A DNA stretch of 64,000 nt from Squalus acanthias. Its lineage: Eukaryota. Made by a program: the position numbers and the translations under genes. A model generated the notes under the pieces. That model was not told the DNA's origin and did not search any database. It saw only the letters and a list, made by a program, of their open reading frames with translations. Where the stretch lies: contig CM059432.1 of the NCBI GenBank assembly GCA_030390025.1, positions 83,950,001-84,014,000 of the forward strand, in the 5' to 3' direction. Below, piece after piece: positions 51,698 through 64,000 of this stretch; within the stretch, counting starts at the first letter, position 1; every line of letters starts with the position of its first letter.

Positions 51698-53757
51698 CTG
51701 CCAGTCAAGAACAAAACAGCTCCTTGTTATTCAAGTGTCACGGCTCACCATATTCCCAAACAATAGGCCTCAGCTTGAAAAAAAACATTCTTTCCCTTTG
51801 TCAGAAAGGAAGAAAGAGAGACAGTGTAACATAGAGTCAGATTGTCTTTCGGTTGATCTTTTCTGTTGTTTCCTCCTACAGGTCTTTTCTCCTCCCCATA
51901 TCAGGGAAAGCAGCCAAATGATGGGAAGGTGATTCATCACTGGGTTAGACAGCTGCAAACTGGATTAACCCTCCCCCAAGCAACATGCAAAGCAGTTTAG
52001 CCAAGGTAAGCAGGAATAACTGCCTAAAAACAGGTAGCGGTTGGAAACTGGACTTGTTGAACAGAAGCAACTGAAGCATTACACCTCCAGCAGCTTTAGA
52101 TCTTTCATCTTCCATTCACATAATGAAATACATCACTGTTTCCTCCCGAGCTGCATGACTGTCATCTATGATACTGGTTAATTTACTCAACTGCTCTTTA
52201 CTGTAGTTCAGATCACAGCCATTAATCTCTACACTTTTATAAATTTAATATAAATTAAGCAGATTTTAATAGTTCTTGTGAACTCATCACCAAGATATTT
52301 TAGGTATTAGAAAATCTTTACAATTCAATTTACCAACACTTCCAAAGTAATTTTGTTAATTATTATAGAGTGCTTTAGTGCCATAGAATTAAAATAACTT
52401 ATTATTGAGAAATTGGAATAAAACTTATGAAACTTTAATCTTTTTAAAATTTAATGTAAACTACACCCAATTGCAGACTAAATAAATTTCTTCCTGAAAA
52501 TACCTCATTTAATGATGTAGTTATGTGCATTGCTTACTCGTAGAAAGCAGTAACAAACTTTTTATCCATTATTGCTACAGATCTGAGTATAAGTTCCATG
52601 CTAAAAATGTATTGATGAAAATTAGCTCAGGTAAAATTGTTTCACGAAGGTCTTGTTATAGATCAATCAAGAGAAACTCCAGAATTGCTAAGGTAGAAAA
52701 ATGAACTTAAGTTACAAGTTACAGTCAGATCTGTAAGTTGTACAATGGAAGGCAGGATTTTTCTAAGCTCCTTCACAGTATTAACTGAAGTGAAGTACAG
52801 TGGATTTTTCATCCCCCACATATTGCAGAATTAATGCTAACACAAATGCACAGTGGATTTAATAAGATAATGCAGTACAACAATTTCAAACAACACAGTA
52901 ATCTTACTGCTTGCACATAAGTTTATACCAGTTAACTTAATCTATTCTGTTTTCACATTTCCCATTCAAATCAAATCTAACTTTGTGCCATAATGTTGAA
53001 AAATGTATTTAGAAGAATTTAAGTAAATGTCACAGTTATTAAACACACCTTTATTATTATTATTTATTGCAGTATATAACTGGCTCAGGTCCCGTTTTAT
53101 GCACATTCCTAATGTGACTTAAAATACCCACTCATTGATGTCTGAGTAATTGGAAGGTAGAATGGCGATGAGCTAGGACCTAATAGACAGATTTGGATTT
53201 GACAGAAAGAGGTAAACGTATGTTTAAAATTAGGAATTGTGATATTTCCTACTGAGCACATTTTGCAACAATGCAACAACAAAAAAGCTAGCAGCAACCT
53301 GTACAGCAAGGTACCATGGAGCACATTTACTTTCACAAATATGAAATCTGCTTATTATTACTCATTTTTTTCATTGTGTTGAAGTCATAGTTTAAGGCCA
53401 GACACTGAATTTAAAAAATGGAAAAGAAACAAAGTACACGCATTTGAATTAACTGAATAATAGTAAAGAATAAACAATATTAAATTTCGCTGAAGATGAT
53501 TACATTTAAATTAGTTATGCTTAGTTGTCACTTTTACTTATTAACATACTTTAATTTTCATTTAATCAAATCAAACTAAATTTGACAGATAGAAGTTGGA
53601 ATTTAGTTCTGGAAAGTCAAATAAATGGTCTAAGAACATTATTTCACATTAAAGACAATGCATACAGCGTATAAATCAGTGTAGTTTTTAATCTGAAAAT
53701 TAATGCCACATACTGTACATGGACATTTTGAAGATTCTAAGACAGCTGTTATGTAAA

Positions 53758-53826
53758 ATAACAACAGAAAGCGCTGGAAAAACTCAGCAGGCCAGGCAAC
53801 ATCCGTGGAGAGAGAAACAGAGTTAA
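53758..53826 (-). mobile_element. Short Penelope-like fragment
   Basis: Reverse complement of part of 47820-47885; flanked by the 11-bp direct repeat TGTTATGTAAA. Confidence 0.6.
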
Positions 53827-56800
53827 TGTTATGTAAATATAGACAACATGAAGAAATGTGGATGTCATTTTATTATAATTCTTGTTAACAATAAATTATA
53901 CCCAAAACTCCAAGATAATGACAGTGAGATTTTTGCTAGCCAAGGTGTAATATATATCGATCATATGAGAAAAGTGCAACGGTTAGAGCCATGGTACAGT
54001 AGAGAAAACACTGTACTGAGAAGCCTGGATATTGTTGGAAAATCAAGACTGTCTCCATTTTTGTTCTGTCATTATAGGAAACTTTGCACACTGTGCAGCT
54101 GGATGAACAAAATAGTCAGCATTTATACTGATTAAGAGGTAATTTAGCTGGGTGAGAAGTATGAAAAGAGCTTTGTTATAGGTCAATCAAGATTGGCTAA
54201 TTTGCTTTAGTTACCACTAATAGATTTGCCTAACATGGAAAATATGGCAGAAAATTTGTGTATACTAACCACCATGATTTCAGTTCATTATTTTTATACT
54301 ATATGGGCAATTAATCTTTATTTAGGAAAAGAGGAAATTATGTTCCTGTGATTTCTCTGAAAATGTAAACAACTTGTTTACAAACGACATTCAAATTGTA
54401 TTCTAATACAAATTTTCATGATGTTTACTATGAAAATTCAATAGATTTGTCTGACACATGTTTCTGCACTTAACTAGGAATCTTAAGTGACTCTATATCT
54501 TGCCACTTACATTAACAGTAAAAAGCTGTGAGTTACAGCGAGCGACACCAGTCCTTCTGCAATAACCAATACAAATTGCCAGCAGGTGATATGGTCCAGG
54601 TGAGTAGAATTTGTTGGCTCTAAAGTACAAAGAAATCTATCCCCTGCTAATAGTATATTGTCCAAAAAACCTGCATTCAGCATCTTTGATGTGCATTTCA
54701 ATTCAACCCGAACCCAGCACCTCTTTGATGTTTCCAGAACAAAGCCAGAGGAGATGAAACATTCTAAGTGCCATCAAATTGAACAAAGCAACTCTTAGAC
54801 ATTCCTGTTCATACTAATTTTTTAGTGTTTAGCCATGTTCAGTAGTTTTACTTTTAAATATACTAAATTATCAAAAGAAATATATTTCTTTATTAAACTA
54901 CAATAAAAAACAGAATATAGTGAGTGGCTCATTGAACTGGAATGCATAAGGAAGCCAGATGGTTTAACTTACCAAAGACTAACAATTGCTATGAACCTGA
55001 TTTAGAGATCTTATTTGTTCACAGTGGTAATATTTTAATCTCTTATTTTTCTGATAAGGAATTAGGTTCTACTTCTGTAATTATTTAAGTGTTTACCAGT
55101 GCAAGCTGGACTTTTGATTATTTTTCATTGCGGAATAAGAACATATTAAAATTAAAAGAATTCTTATGAATTTGCTAGTACAATAACAACAGCAACTTGC
55201 AGTTATGCAGTGCCTTTAATGTAGACAAACGTCTCAAAGTGCTTCACAGAGGTGTAATATTGGAGGGGTTTTAAACATTTAAAACATTCTTGTACACCAC
55301 AGAACTATGATGAAATGTGAATGTAAACTAAGTTTTTTGGTTTTTTACATTACATTGATGTAGCTCTGACAGCACAGTAGTACGTACACTTTTTGGTATT
55401 TTGATCAGGACAGCAATACAATTACTTTTATGATGCATAAAGTGCTATGATAAGAAGAACCTCAGCTCATTACTTTTGTCTTAAATGATAACTAAACTCA
55501 TTTGCTTCTAATCATACATGTCCTTATGTGTCTAATATGGCCCCTGTTTTGTCACTGAATGTGATACCTTATTTTCTCGATAATAAAAAAATGCACTGTG
55601 TGGACAGACTCTCCACCTTCAACTTTACATGTGCCAATTTTCTTTTGACTTGCCCTAAGTAAATTGTTTTACTGCTGATTAATTTCAATAACCGTGTTAC
55701 TATGACTTAACAGCAATAGTTTCATTAAAATATGTTAGTGCTTCAAGTAAAAGATGTAGGGAGGTAATAATACCCACGAGTAGGTCTTCCACCTGGTTTG
55801 TTTTTTATATCTACATGTCTCTACATCATATATGCTTGATTATTGATGTGCACCTCCCGCTTTGATTGTACTTGTTCCAACATGGAAAAAATTAATGAAA
55901 GTCAAAGTTTTGAAAAAAGATTCCACTGTCAAAACAACTAAACCTCACCAGTCTGCTGAATTTATGTGTTGGCCTAGAAAAAAATAAGTATACCTACAGA
56001 GCATTCAATTTTAGACACCAATGAGATGCAAATTTGAATGGAATTAGTCACAGTTGATAAAATGATGCAACAAATGAATTACTGTATTTTTTTAATAATT
56101 TAAACACAAAAATGATAACCCATTAAATGAGTTGATAATTAAATCCAAACAAGCTCAAATATCTCTAAATGTTGAAAAAATAAGTAATCAGACATTCATA
56201 ACCAACTGCTGGTGAACATACTAAAGATTTCTCCTTTTTGTTTTATGATCACTTTCATAAAACTTCATATTCCATAAAATAATTAAAAAACATTTTTTTA
56301 AACAAATTACACATTTTCTTAACTGTTAAGCATTAATCAGCAGTAAACATATTTTGACTTTAGAAAAACAGTAAATATTAACTGAAATCAATGAAGGATT
56401 TCATATTCCCCCCAAAATCGCAAAAGCCCAATGCAGCCATGAGACAGAATAAACAGCATTTGTAAAATAAACAATTCATTAGCTCAGTTGCAATTATTTT
56501 AATTAAAGTATAATTTCTCTTTAAATAGTAATTTGCTGTAGACCCACAGCCATGAACATTTTCAATTTGTTTCTTTTGTTTTGTTGAAAATGACATACTG
56601 TTTTAGCCATCTTACTGAATTGCTATATTAAATCTGTTAATGCTGTGCTCTTCAACCCCAGAAATTATTTCCAGAAGGGAAACTCTTTGAGAGATGATCA
56701 AACAAGATTTAAGGTAGACATTCGATCACATTTTCCCTACCACAGAGCCAGGCATAAATGTTTAAGCTCAAAAAATCACAAGTCATTTCAATCTACTAGT

Positions 56801-58958
56801 AGAGTACAACATACAAACTTTAAATACTTAGAAATTTCAGTTTTGAAAAATATCTGAGAAATGTAAACAGGTTCTGAATTTTGGTCACCTATTTAGTTTG
56901 TGAAATTGAGTTTTTCAAATGATTAATTTCTAAAACCTTTAAAATATCACTATTATTAATACACACCTTTTTCTTGCTATAGGATTTTTTTTACCCTGAT
57001 CAAAATTGTCCTTTAGTCTTTTTATTTATAGAATTAATTATTATGTAAAGGTTACATGTTTTTGAAAAATAAAAATTAAGATAATAAAATTACAACTAAA
57101 TTCAAACATCCACTTTTATAAATCACTTTCCAAGTGGATTCTAAGGAATCTGGACAGAAGGAGTAAATTAATTCTAACCCTTGGCAGCAGTCGGGGCACC
57201 ACAGGGTGCTAGCACCTCTACATATCCAGCTGCCAGTAATTTTTTTGCTACAATTCTAAAGCATTTATTTCTTCTAAGGCTGCCACAGAAGGACCTTGAT
57301 ACCTGTTTGCAAAAGTAGTCTCCTATTTAAGAAACTGAATTTATGGAGATTTGCATAGGCCACCTCATGGATGAAGTGGGAATACAGATCAGAGACAATA
57401 GCTACTTTTTCCTCTCTTAATTATCAGATTTTATTGGACTATGATTTTCACCTGTGTCACCTTATGCCAAAAAGTATCAAGCCCACACTACTAGACAGAC
57501 AGAGATATAATTCAAACAAATTAACTAGTATAATGGTAATAATTATTTTCACATTTGGCTTTGGTGTCAAGTTGTCTTTTGAAAAAAATGAAAATGCAAC
57601 ATTTCTAATATAACCAATAATCAATCAAATAGTTTTTACTTGAATTCTTTCAGTAATATATTTAACATATAAAAAACAATTTTTTTTAACAAATTACAAA
57701 TTCTATTCTCTCATGTGCCCTTTCCTTCAAAATTTTCCATTTATATCATAGACACAGAATGCTTGCATTAATTTATTTTTCTTCTCTTATTCACATAAAT
57801 GTCACAGTTAAGTTGCATCAGCTAAGCTTGTGTCTCTATCATTGTTTCAAGACTAAAAGTTCTGTATGGTGACAAATGTATTTCCCCCCTTTAGAGTACT
57901 ACAGCAATAGACTAAATGAACAGCTTGTAAAGGGAAGCCTAATCTATCCAAATGAAGATATCTTTCAACAAACACAGGCAAACAGTCTAAAATCAAGCAA
58001 TAGTTTAGCCAGTGCAATATTAACAAAGTAACTGTGGTAAAGAATGGAAATAATGGCTTATGACTAAAGCAAAGCTGTAATAAAAATGTGAAAACTGAAT
58101 TGTTCACATTTAAGCTATTTCTATCTAAATGAAAAATGCTCCATACAGTGTGCCATAACAGAAATTACTATGCCACACAAACAAACATAAAAAACAAATT
58201 AACTTTGTTAATCAGTTTTATTTGTAAGCATTTAAACATATGTCCAGCATAAAAAATGCACTAATAAACGTTAACTGTTTAACTTGGTACATTCTGTTTA
58301 TTCTGCTGGTTCGAAATGGTTTCCTATGGGGATTCGAATGTTTTGCTTGGTGCAAAGAAAATTTAAACTTATTAAGAAAAAGGATTTCCCGGTTCGACAA
58401 GGACCATCTAATGTCCTCAGGTTCAAATTCACCATATTCAATTTAAATGTAAAATATGCTTTTATAGATCTTCTTGTATATTTAATGGCATGTACGTCAA
58501 AGGAAAAGTATAAAACATTTTCCTCTTCAGTAAAGATTCCATCTAATGCAACTCACTTTATAACAACTCAACAAAAAAGCTATGTTCACCTGCTACAAAG
58601 CACCATTTAAATTCACAATTTTTTAGAAGAAATATGTGAATTGAATTTTATCTAAGAATGGAAATAACAGGCTTGTTATGTCAATGTTATGTTAAACCAG
58701 TCTTTCTACAAAATTAATGTAATATTCTCACTTCATTTAAGGATATTCACTGTGGCACGCACATAGTTAGTGATTTAAACCGTATTATTGTACAAAAACT
58801 ACTTAGAACAGTTACTATAACCTAGGCCTTTCTTTACTAAGTCCCCAGGGCAAATGTAAAAAAGGGTTACTGATGCCTCAGCCCTCAGAGAATTGGACAA
58901 CTGCTGGCGGTCCAAAGTGCTCTTCCATGCAATTTAATAGATGAAAACTTGTACTCAC

Positions 58959-59380
58959 AGCACTTTAAATGCAGATCCCCCTGAACTCTTCTGGATTCCC
59001 TTCAAGTTTTTGAATTTAATGAACCATCATTTCTTAGTATAATCCTTTTCCTGATCAACACGAAAGTCTGCACTAAATGCACCAATTGTCCAAGTAATAC
59101 GCAAATAACATAGTAGCAGTTGTGGAGGTTGAAGCAGAGCTGGCTGAGTGCAGTCCAGTCACCACTGCAGACTCAAGACTGGAGAATGTCTGAGTATAGC
59201 AGCTTCCACAAAGGAAAAAAAAGCCACAGTGGACTTTGACAGGAAGAGAATCGGAAATGACACTTGGGAGTAAGCAGCTACCAGCAAACTGAAGCACCAA
59301 CTCGCTTATGTGTCACTAAGTCACTGCTCTAAGCAATGTACCTTTTCCCATTAAACAGCAGCAGATAATATCAGTGATCC
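58959..59380 (-). other. EYA1: Probable non-coding first exon (5' UTR) of EYA1; upstream boundary approximate
   Basis: Donor ...AAAGTGCT|GTGAGTAC at 58959/58958. Minus-strand blocks (TATTATCTGCTGCTGTTTAATGGGAAAAGG; CCAAGTGTCATTTCCGATTCTCTTCCTGTCAAAGTCCACTGTGGC; ATCAGGAAAAGGATTATACTAAGAAATG) resemble the human EYA1 5' UTR as I recall it, in the same order. Confidence 0.65.
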
Positions 59381-61161
59381 ATAGACAAAGAAATGGCAGA
59401 ACCTTCATCCGTCCTATTTGTTTGCTCAATCTTGTGGTTCTGCCCAAGCAGCCTCAGGGCTTTTTGTTTTTGTAATGCAAACCACAGCTTTTCTCCTGCA
59501 TCCAGCCCCACTGGCTTAAATGCAACAATGGAAATCAGCACAGTGTTATTCCAGTCCCCCTTAGTAGTTTAAATAAATTCATTATGTAAATGAGCAAGTC
59601 CGCAGTTTCTGAACAAACTGCTGTGTGTCTGACCTAATTCAAGTACTCCATCAACAGGCAGCAAGCATACATTTCTCTAGCATCATTATATTATCTAAAA
59701 GCTACTGGTAGTTCACACACCTAGAGCTTTGCTATATTTATCAGAGCAGAACAATAAAGAAAGCGATTTGACATTCTCACAGGACTATGCAATTAGTTTT
59801 ATTTTAGTACCTTATGGCAAAAAAACTATATATATGAAATATTATTTTAATTTACACACAAACTTATACATAAAAAGCATATTTTATGCTTGCATTTTTC
59901 TAGCAAATGAATACTGGATATATTTTGCAATGATTTTTAGTTTTATATATGTACTATCTTCTCTCTCTGGTGACATAAAACTTTTGAGATCTACAGCATA
60001 ATAGCTAAAATGTTTTCAGCTCTCCATGAACTAAATAAAAAGGCACCAGCAAGTGACTAAACATATTTTACTTAAAGGATGCTCTTTTACCAGTTACTGA
60101 CGACTTACTACTTTTTTGTTAAGTAATTATTAAATTACTAAGTAACTAAATTGAAATAAATAGTGCCATGCAATTTTTGAAGGTTATTTTTCCAACATGT
60201 ATTGAAAAATGAAATATACCTGTAAGAAATTAAATCAAAAGTATATTTTAGTTTTAAAAATGTAATTTTCTATATGCATACATATAGTTACGTAAGCTGT
60301 TACATAAAATATTACATTTCAAACAATAAAAATGTTTTATAAAACTGTAAACGTAGTGAGAATTTTTTCAGTTACTTACAAGACTTTAAAACTTTTACTT
60401 TTATTTTTATCCCTAACGTATTTTACATGTTACATGTAAAACTGTTATTTCAAATATTGGAATCTAATTTTGCATGATCGTTTGATTCCAAAACTGCATT
60501 TTTAAAATGTTGTAAAATACTTTTGCTCATTTCTCTCTCTTCCTCCAATTTAATGTCAAGTACATTTAAAATAAGAAAAACAAAACCTTCCCATGTGCGT
60601 ACTGTGCAAGACCATGGTCTTGTTTTTCTCAGTAAACTTGCATAGGTCAGACTGCAAAGTGGTAAATACAGCGTGTGCCGTCACAATATTGCTGCTACAT
60701 GTTGTGACACTGGAGTTCTATGAATAGACTGAAAAATAAGATGAGTCACTAACAATTTTGAAACTTAATACACTTTTAAATCGGAATTTATATATGTCTT
60801 CATATAAGACAAAATTAAGTTTAATAGTTAGACATGCAATTTAAAAAAAATTACGTTAAAAACAAATGAATAGAAAATCACTTCGCATTGAGATATGCCA
60901 ATCTGGCATTTCTTACCTTTTACACAACTCATCAATACAGCAAAGAAACCTAAAGCGGAAATATTGTCACACTATATATCCAGTTCATGCTAATGTACCT
61001 CTCAATATGATACCCTTCTCTTTGCACTAGTTGAGTAAACACAGTGCAAATCTTAGAATAGAAGAATGTTTTGCCAGAGCTGTATAGCTGCTTCAAGTTG
61101 CACACACCTAAGATTTTGTTTTGCTTGTGTGCAGCCAAGGAACTCTGGGATAGTCACCTAG

Positions 61162-61171
61162 CCATATATGG
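61162..61171. promoter_or_regulatory. Perfect CArG box CCATATATGG (candidate SRF site)
   Basis: Matches CC(A/T)6GG ~1.8 kb upstream of the putative first exon; function untested. Confidence 0.35.
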
Positions 61172-62911
61172 TCAACCAGGTCAAAATGAATAAACCTACA
61201 GGGCTTGTCCATTGAAATGACAATTAAAGGAAGCTGCATTCTTCATAGGCAGCACGGTTTGAGCACCGTGGTTCAAAATCATTATATGGTATCAGTTATT
61301 GTGTTTTGGTTTGATTACAACATAACAGAGTTAAGACATAGGTTAAGGTAAAAAAAAATCAATTTAACAAAAGAACTAAGTATCACAGGAAAAAGTACTT
61401 TGCTGAAAAAGCACAATTAGTGATTCTTAAGAGTCTTTGAGTTTCTGATCAAAAGCATGCAGATGGATTAAGATGATCTGAAAGAAACTTTTATTTCAGA
61501 TAAAAGTGATTAAATTGTCAAATGAGACAACTGTTCTGCCTCTGGTACTATGAGCTTAACCACTTTTTAAATCAATGAAAGAAAGCAAGAAAACAATTGA
61601 ACCTTAAATTAAAGCTACATATTTGTTTGGTTTCATTAATGTTCAGCCTATTACAAGAACAGCAAAGAGCAGTAATGGGGCAACATCCAGTTACTTTGAT
61701 GTTCGCTGTTCAAACAAAATTAACATTTTTCAGCAATCACGCAAGTGGAAAAACAAAAACTAACAGAATGAAATCCATGCTATGCTTGATGTCTCTTTGG
61801 ACTGAAGGTCAAAATTCATCCTTTTTTCAAAGAACTAGTAATTCAATCCATAGACGATTAAGTTCCCTGGCCAAGCTAGGTAAAGACATCACTGTCAATA
61901 AAAAAAGGATGATCCAACTCCTTACATCTTCCTCTCCACCGCCCCCCAGAAATGTTAAGGGACTGTAAGTATCTAGGCATCTGAAGGTTTTGTTTTTCAA
62001 TTGCAACTATAAAGTTTATGCAGATCCACACTTGCTAAGCACATGTTACTTTTCCTTATTCAATGCCTGCTCGTTACTGTGCAAACCTGCTTTGTAGATA
62101 TAAATTCAAACTCTGATCTTAATGTTACGGAAAACAATTTTTTACAGATTCATGCAGAGACTTAACAGGTCCATATTTTATTAGTAAATAACAACAGTAT
62201 GTAAACAGTACTGTACTTATTTTTCAAACTGTTCATTTAACTTTTGACTTTAACAAAATGATGACATTTAACTGAGTAATTATCAAGTTCAAAATCCAAA
62301 AAATCACACCTTTTATAATTTCAATAAAGTTCAGACCTCATATAGAAATATATATATTTTTAATTTCCTTCTACTTTATTTGCATTTTCCATAAGTGAGG
62401 TTGTTGCAGGAAAAGATGCCAAAATATTATAATATATCACAATATGTAAAACCACAACTGTAACAACCCACTTTTTATATTGTAATGTTCATGACAGAAT
62501 GCATCATGATAACCATAAAAATCACATGAAAAGTAGACATTTAACATTTTTAAAGTTGCTTTCTTTCTTACCTAAATAGCTAATGACATGTTTTGGGATT
62601 ACATAAACAATACTGTAAAGACAGAAACAGAAAATAAAGTAAATAAGTAATTTTTACATAATTGTAACATTATTATGAAGGAAATGCCATTTTACATTTT
62701 TGAACAATTTTGAGTAGCCTTTTGTAAAGTATTTGATTGAAAACAAAATAAAACAAGAAACATAAATATTAGATATACAGAGGGCATTTGTGAAACATGG
62801 CATGTTCAATGCTTGCATTTGTGATTTTTAATTATCATACCAACATCACAATATAGTGACAATTATATTTTTTTGGCAAATTTACCATCATAAAATTTTC
62901 ACTCAAACCAA

Positions 62912-63880
62912 TGGGCCAGTATTTTCTGTCAAAATAGCGATAAGGTTAATGGCGCTCATCATTATTTATGGATAAATGGTAGTACTGCAACTTCAGGCAA
63001 GGAGAAAATGTGTGGCTAAATATGAATATCCGAAAGTTGCTGTCCAAGTTGCACCGCTTTGACGTTAGCTTCACAAAAACGACATTTCGCCCTTAGCCTG
63101 CCTTTTGTTTTAGTGAGTTGCCATATTTGTCAAAATTAATTGCCCATTAAACTCGCCACAGAAAGTTAAGTCTTGTCACTGCAAGCATAAGTACCCTTTT
63201 AACAACGTGATAAGTGTTAATGACTCCCCAGTCAACCTCTCTGGCACCGAAAATTAACTATTACAAGTGTGGAGTCACATTCCTTCAGGTTTTGAATATT
63301 TTGGGGAGATTTAAAAAAATGTCAAATTTTAAATTTAACATTTTCTTTCTTACTTTTCCTTTCTGCCTCTTTTGTCTCCCGCTTTCTTAATCCAATCTTT
63401 CTTACCCTCTCTTTGGCCGGAATTTTTCGGGGCGTCAGCGAGGGCGTTTGTAGGCGGGTCAGCTGGGAAAATGTTTTTTTGACAGCGGGTAGGGAACCCA
63501 CTGTCAACCCGCCTCCACGCTAGTCTCCCAGATGTCGGGTCTGTCATTGCAGAACAGACCCGACACCAAGCGGCGGGGGAGGCAATTGACATCATTAGAT
63601 ACATTGTTAACAGCCAATTAAGTAATATTTTATGCCTATTTTTCAATTTTACGTGTTCTCCAATGGCTTCCCCGCTGCTCGGGGATCACGTCAGGTAAGG
63701 AGGTCAGGTGTTGTGTCAGCATGGGATGATTTCTTTATTTGGCAGCTGCAAATGGTCTATAAAAGCTCCCATTTCATAGGTCTTCAATTTGCAAGGTTAG
63801 AAGTTGTTACTGCATTTGGAAGACATATTGAGCTTTATGCAGCTTGCAAGTGGTTGGAGCTAACTCACTATCCAGTGTCA
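62912..63880. mobile_element. Probable non-autonomous DNA-transposon remnants (second start near 63415)
   Basis: GGGCCAGTATTTT and GGCCGGAATTTTT starts; CpG-richer than the flanks. Confidence 0.4.
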
Positions 63881-63894
63881 CTGGATATATATAT

Positions 63895-64000
63895 CTATGA
63901 GTTAGATATATTTCTTAAAGCTAAAGGTATCAAGGGATATGGGGAGAAGGCAGGTACAGGGTACTGAGTTTGGATGATCAGCCATGATCTCATCGAATGG
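63895..64000 (+). mobile_element. CR1 3' end
   Basis: ELDIFLKAKGIKGYGEKAG then GATCAGCCATGATC. Confidence 0.85.

Overview
Vertebrate genomic DNA, not prokaryotic. The repeat landscape (CR1, L2, Deu-type SINE, Penelope fragments, PIF/Harbinger elements) looks like a cartilaginous fish; that is an inference and I cannot name the species. The window holds the 5' half of EYA1 (eyes absent 1) on the minus strand: a probable non-coding first exon (~58959-59380), a 50-nt exon (51648-51697), the MEMQDL start exon (49799-49926), a 66-nt EYA4-like cassette exon (40486-40551) and four more coding exons (30938-31015, 14667-14730, 14199-14344, 13843-13980). I did not find the next exon or the EYA-domain exons, so they presumably lie left of the window. 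Introns below ~48.8 kb are packed with decayed and nested transposons, while ~48.8-62.9 kb is AT-rich and TE-poor. Best leads: (1) a ~415-bp inverted repeat whose arms bracket a 5-kb TE stack and end ~60 nt before the cassette-exon acceptor; (2) the 50-nt exon, usable in two frames; (3) Penelope remnants, one with a degenerate hammerhead core and one with a hairpin that includes target DNA; (4) Harbinger elements with spliced Myb/SANT partner genes, one carrying a 15-bp minisatellite with higher-order structure. Homology statements come from remembered sequences and need BLAST confirmation.
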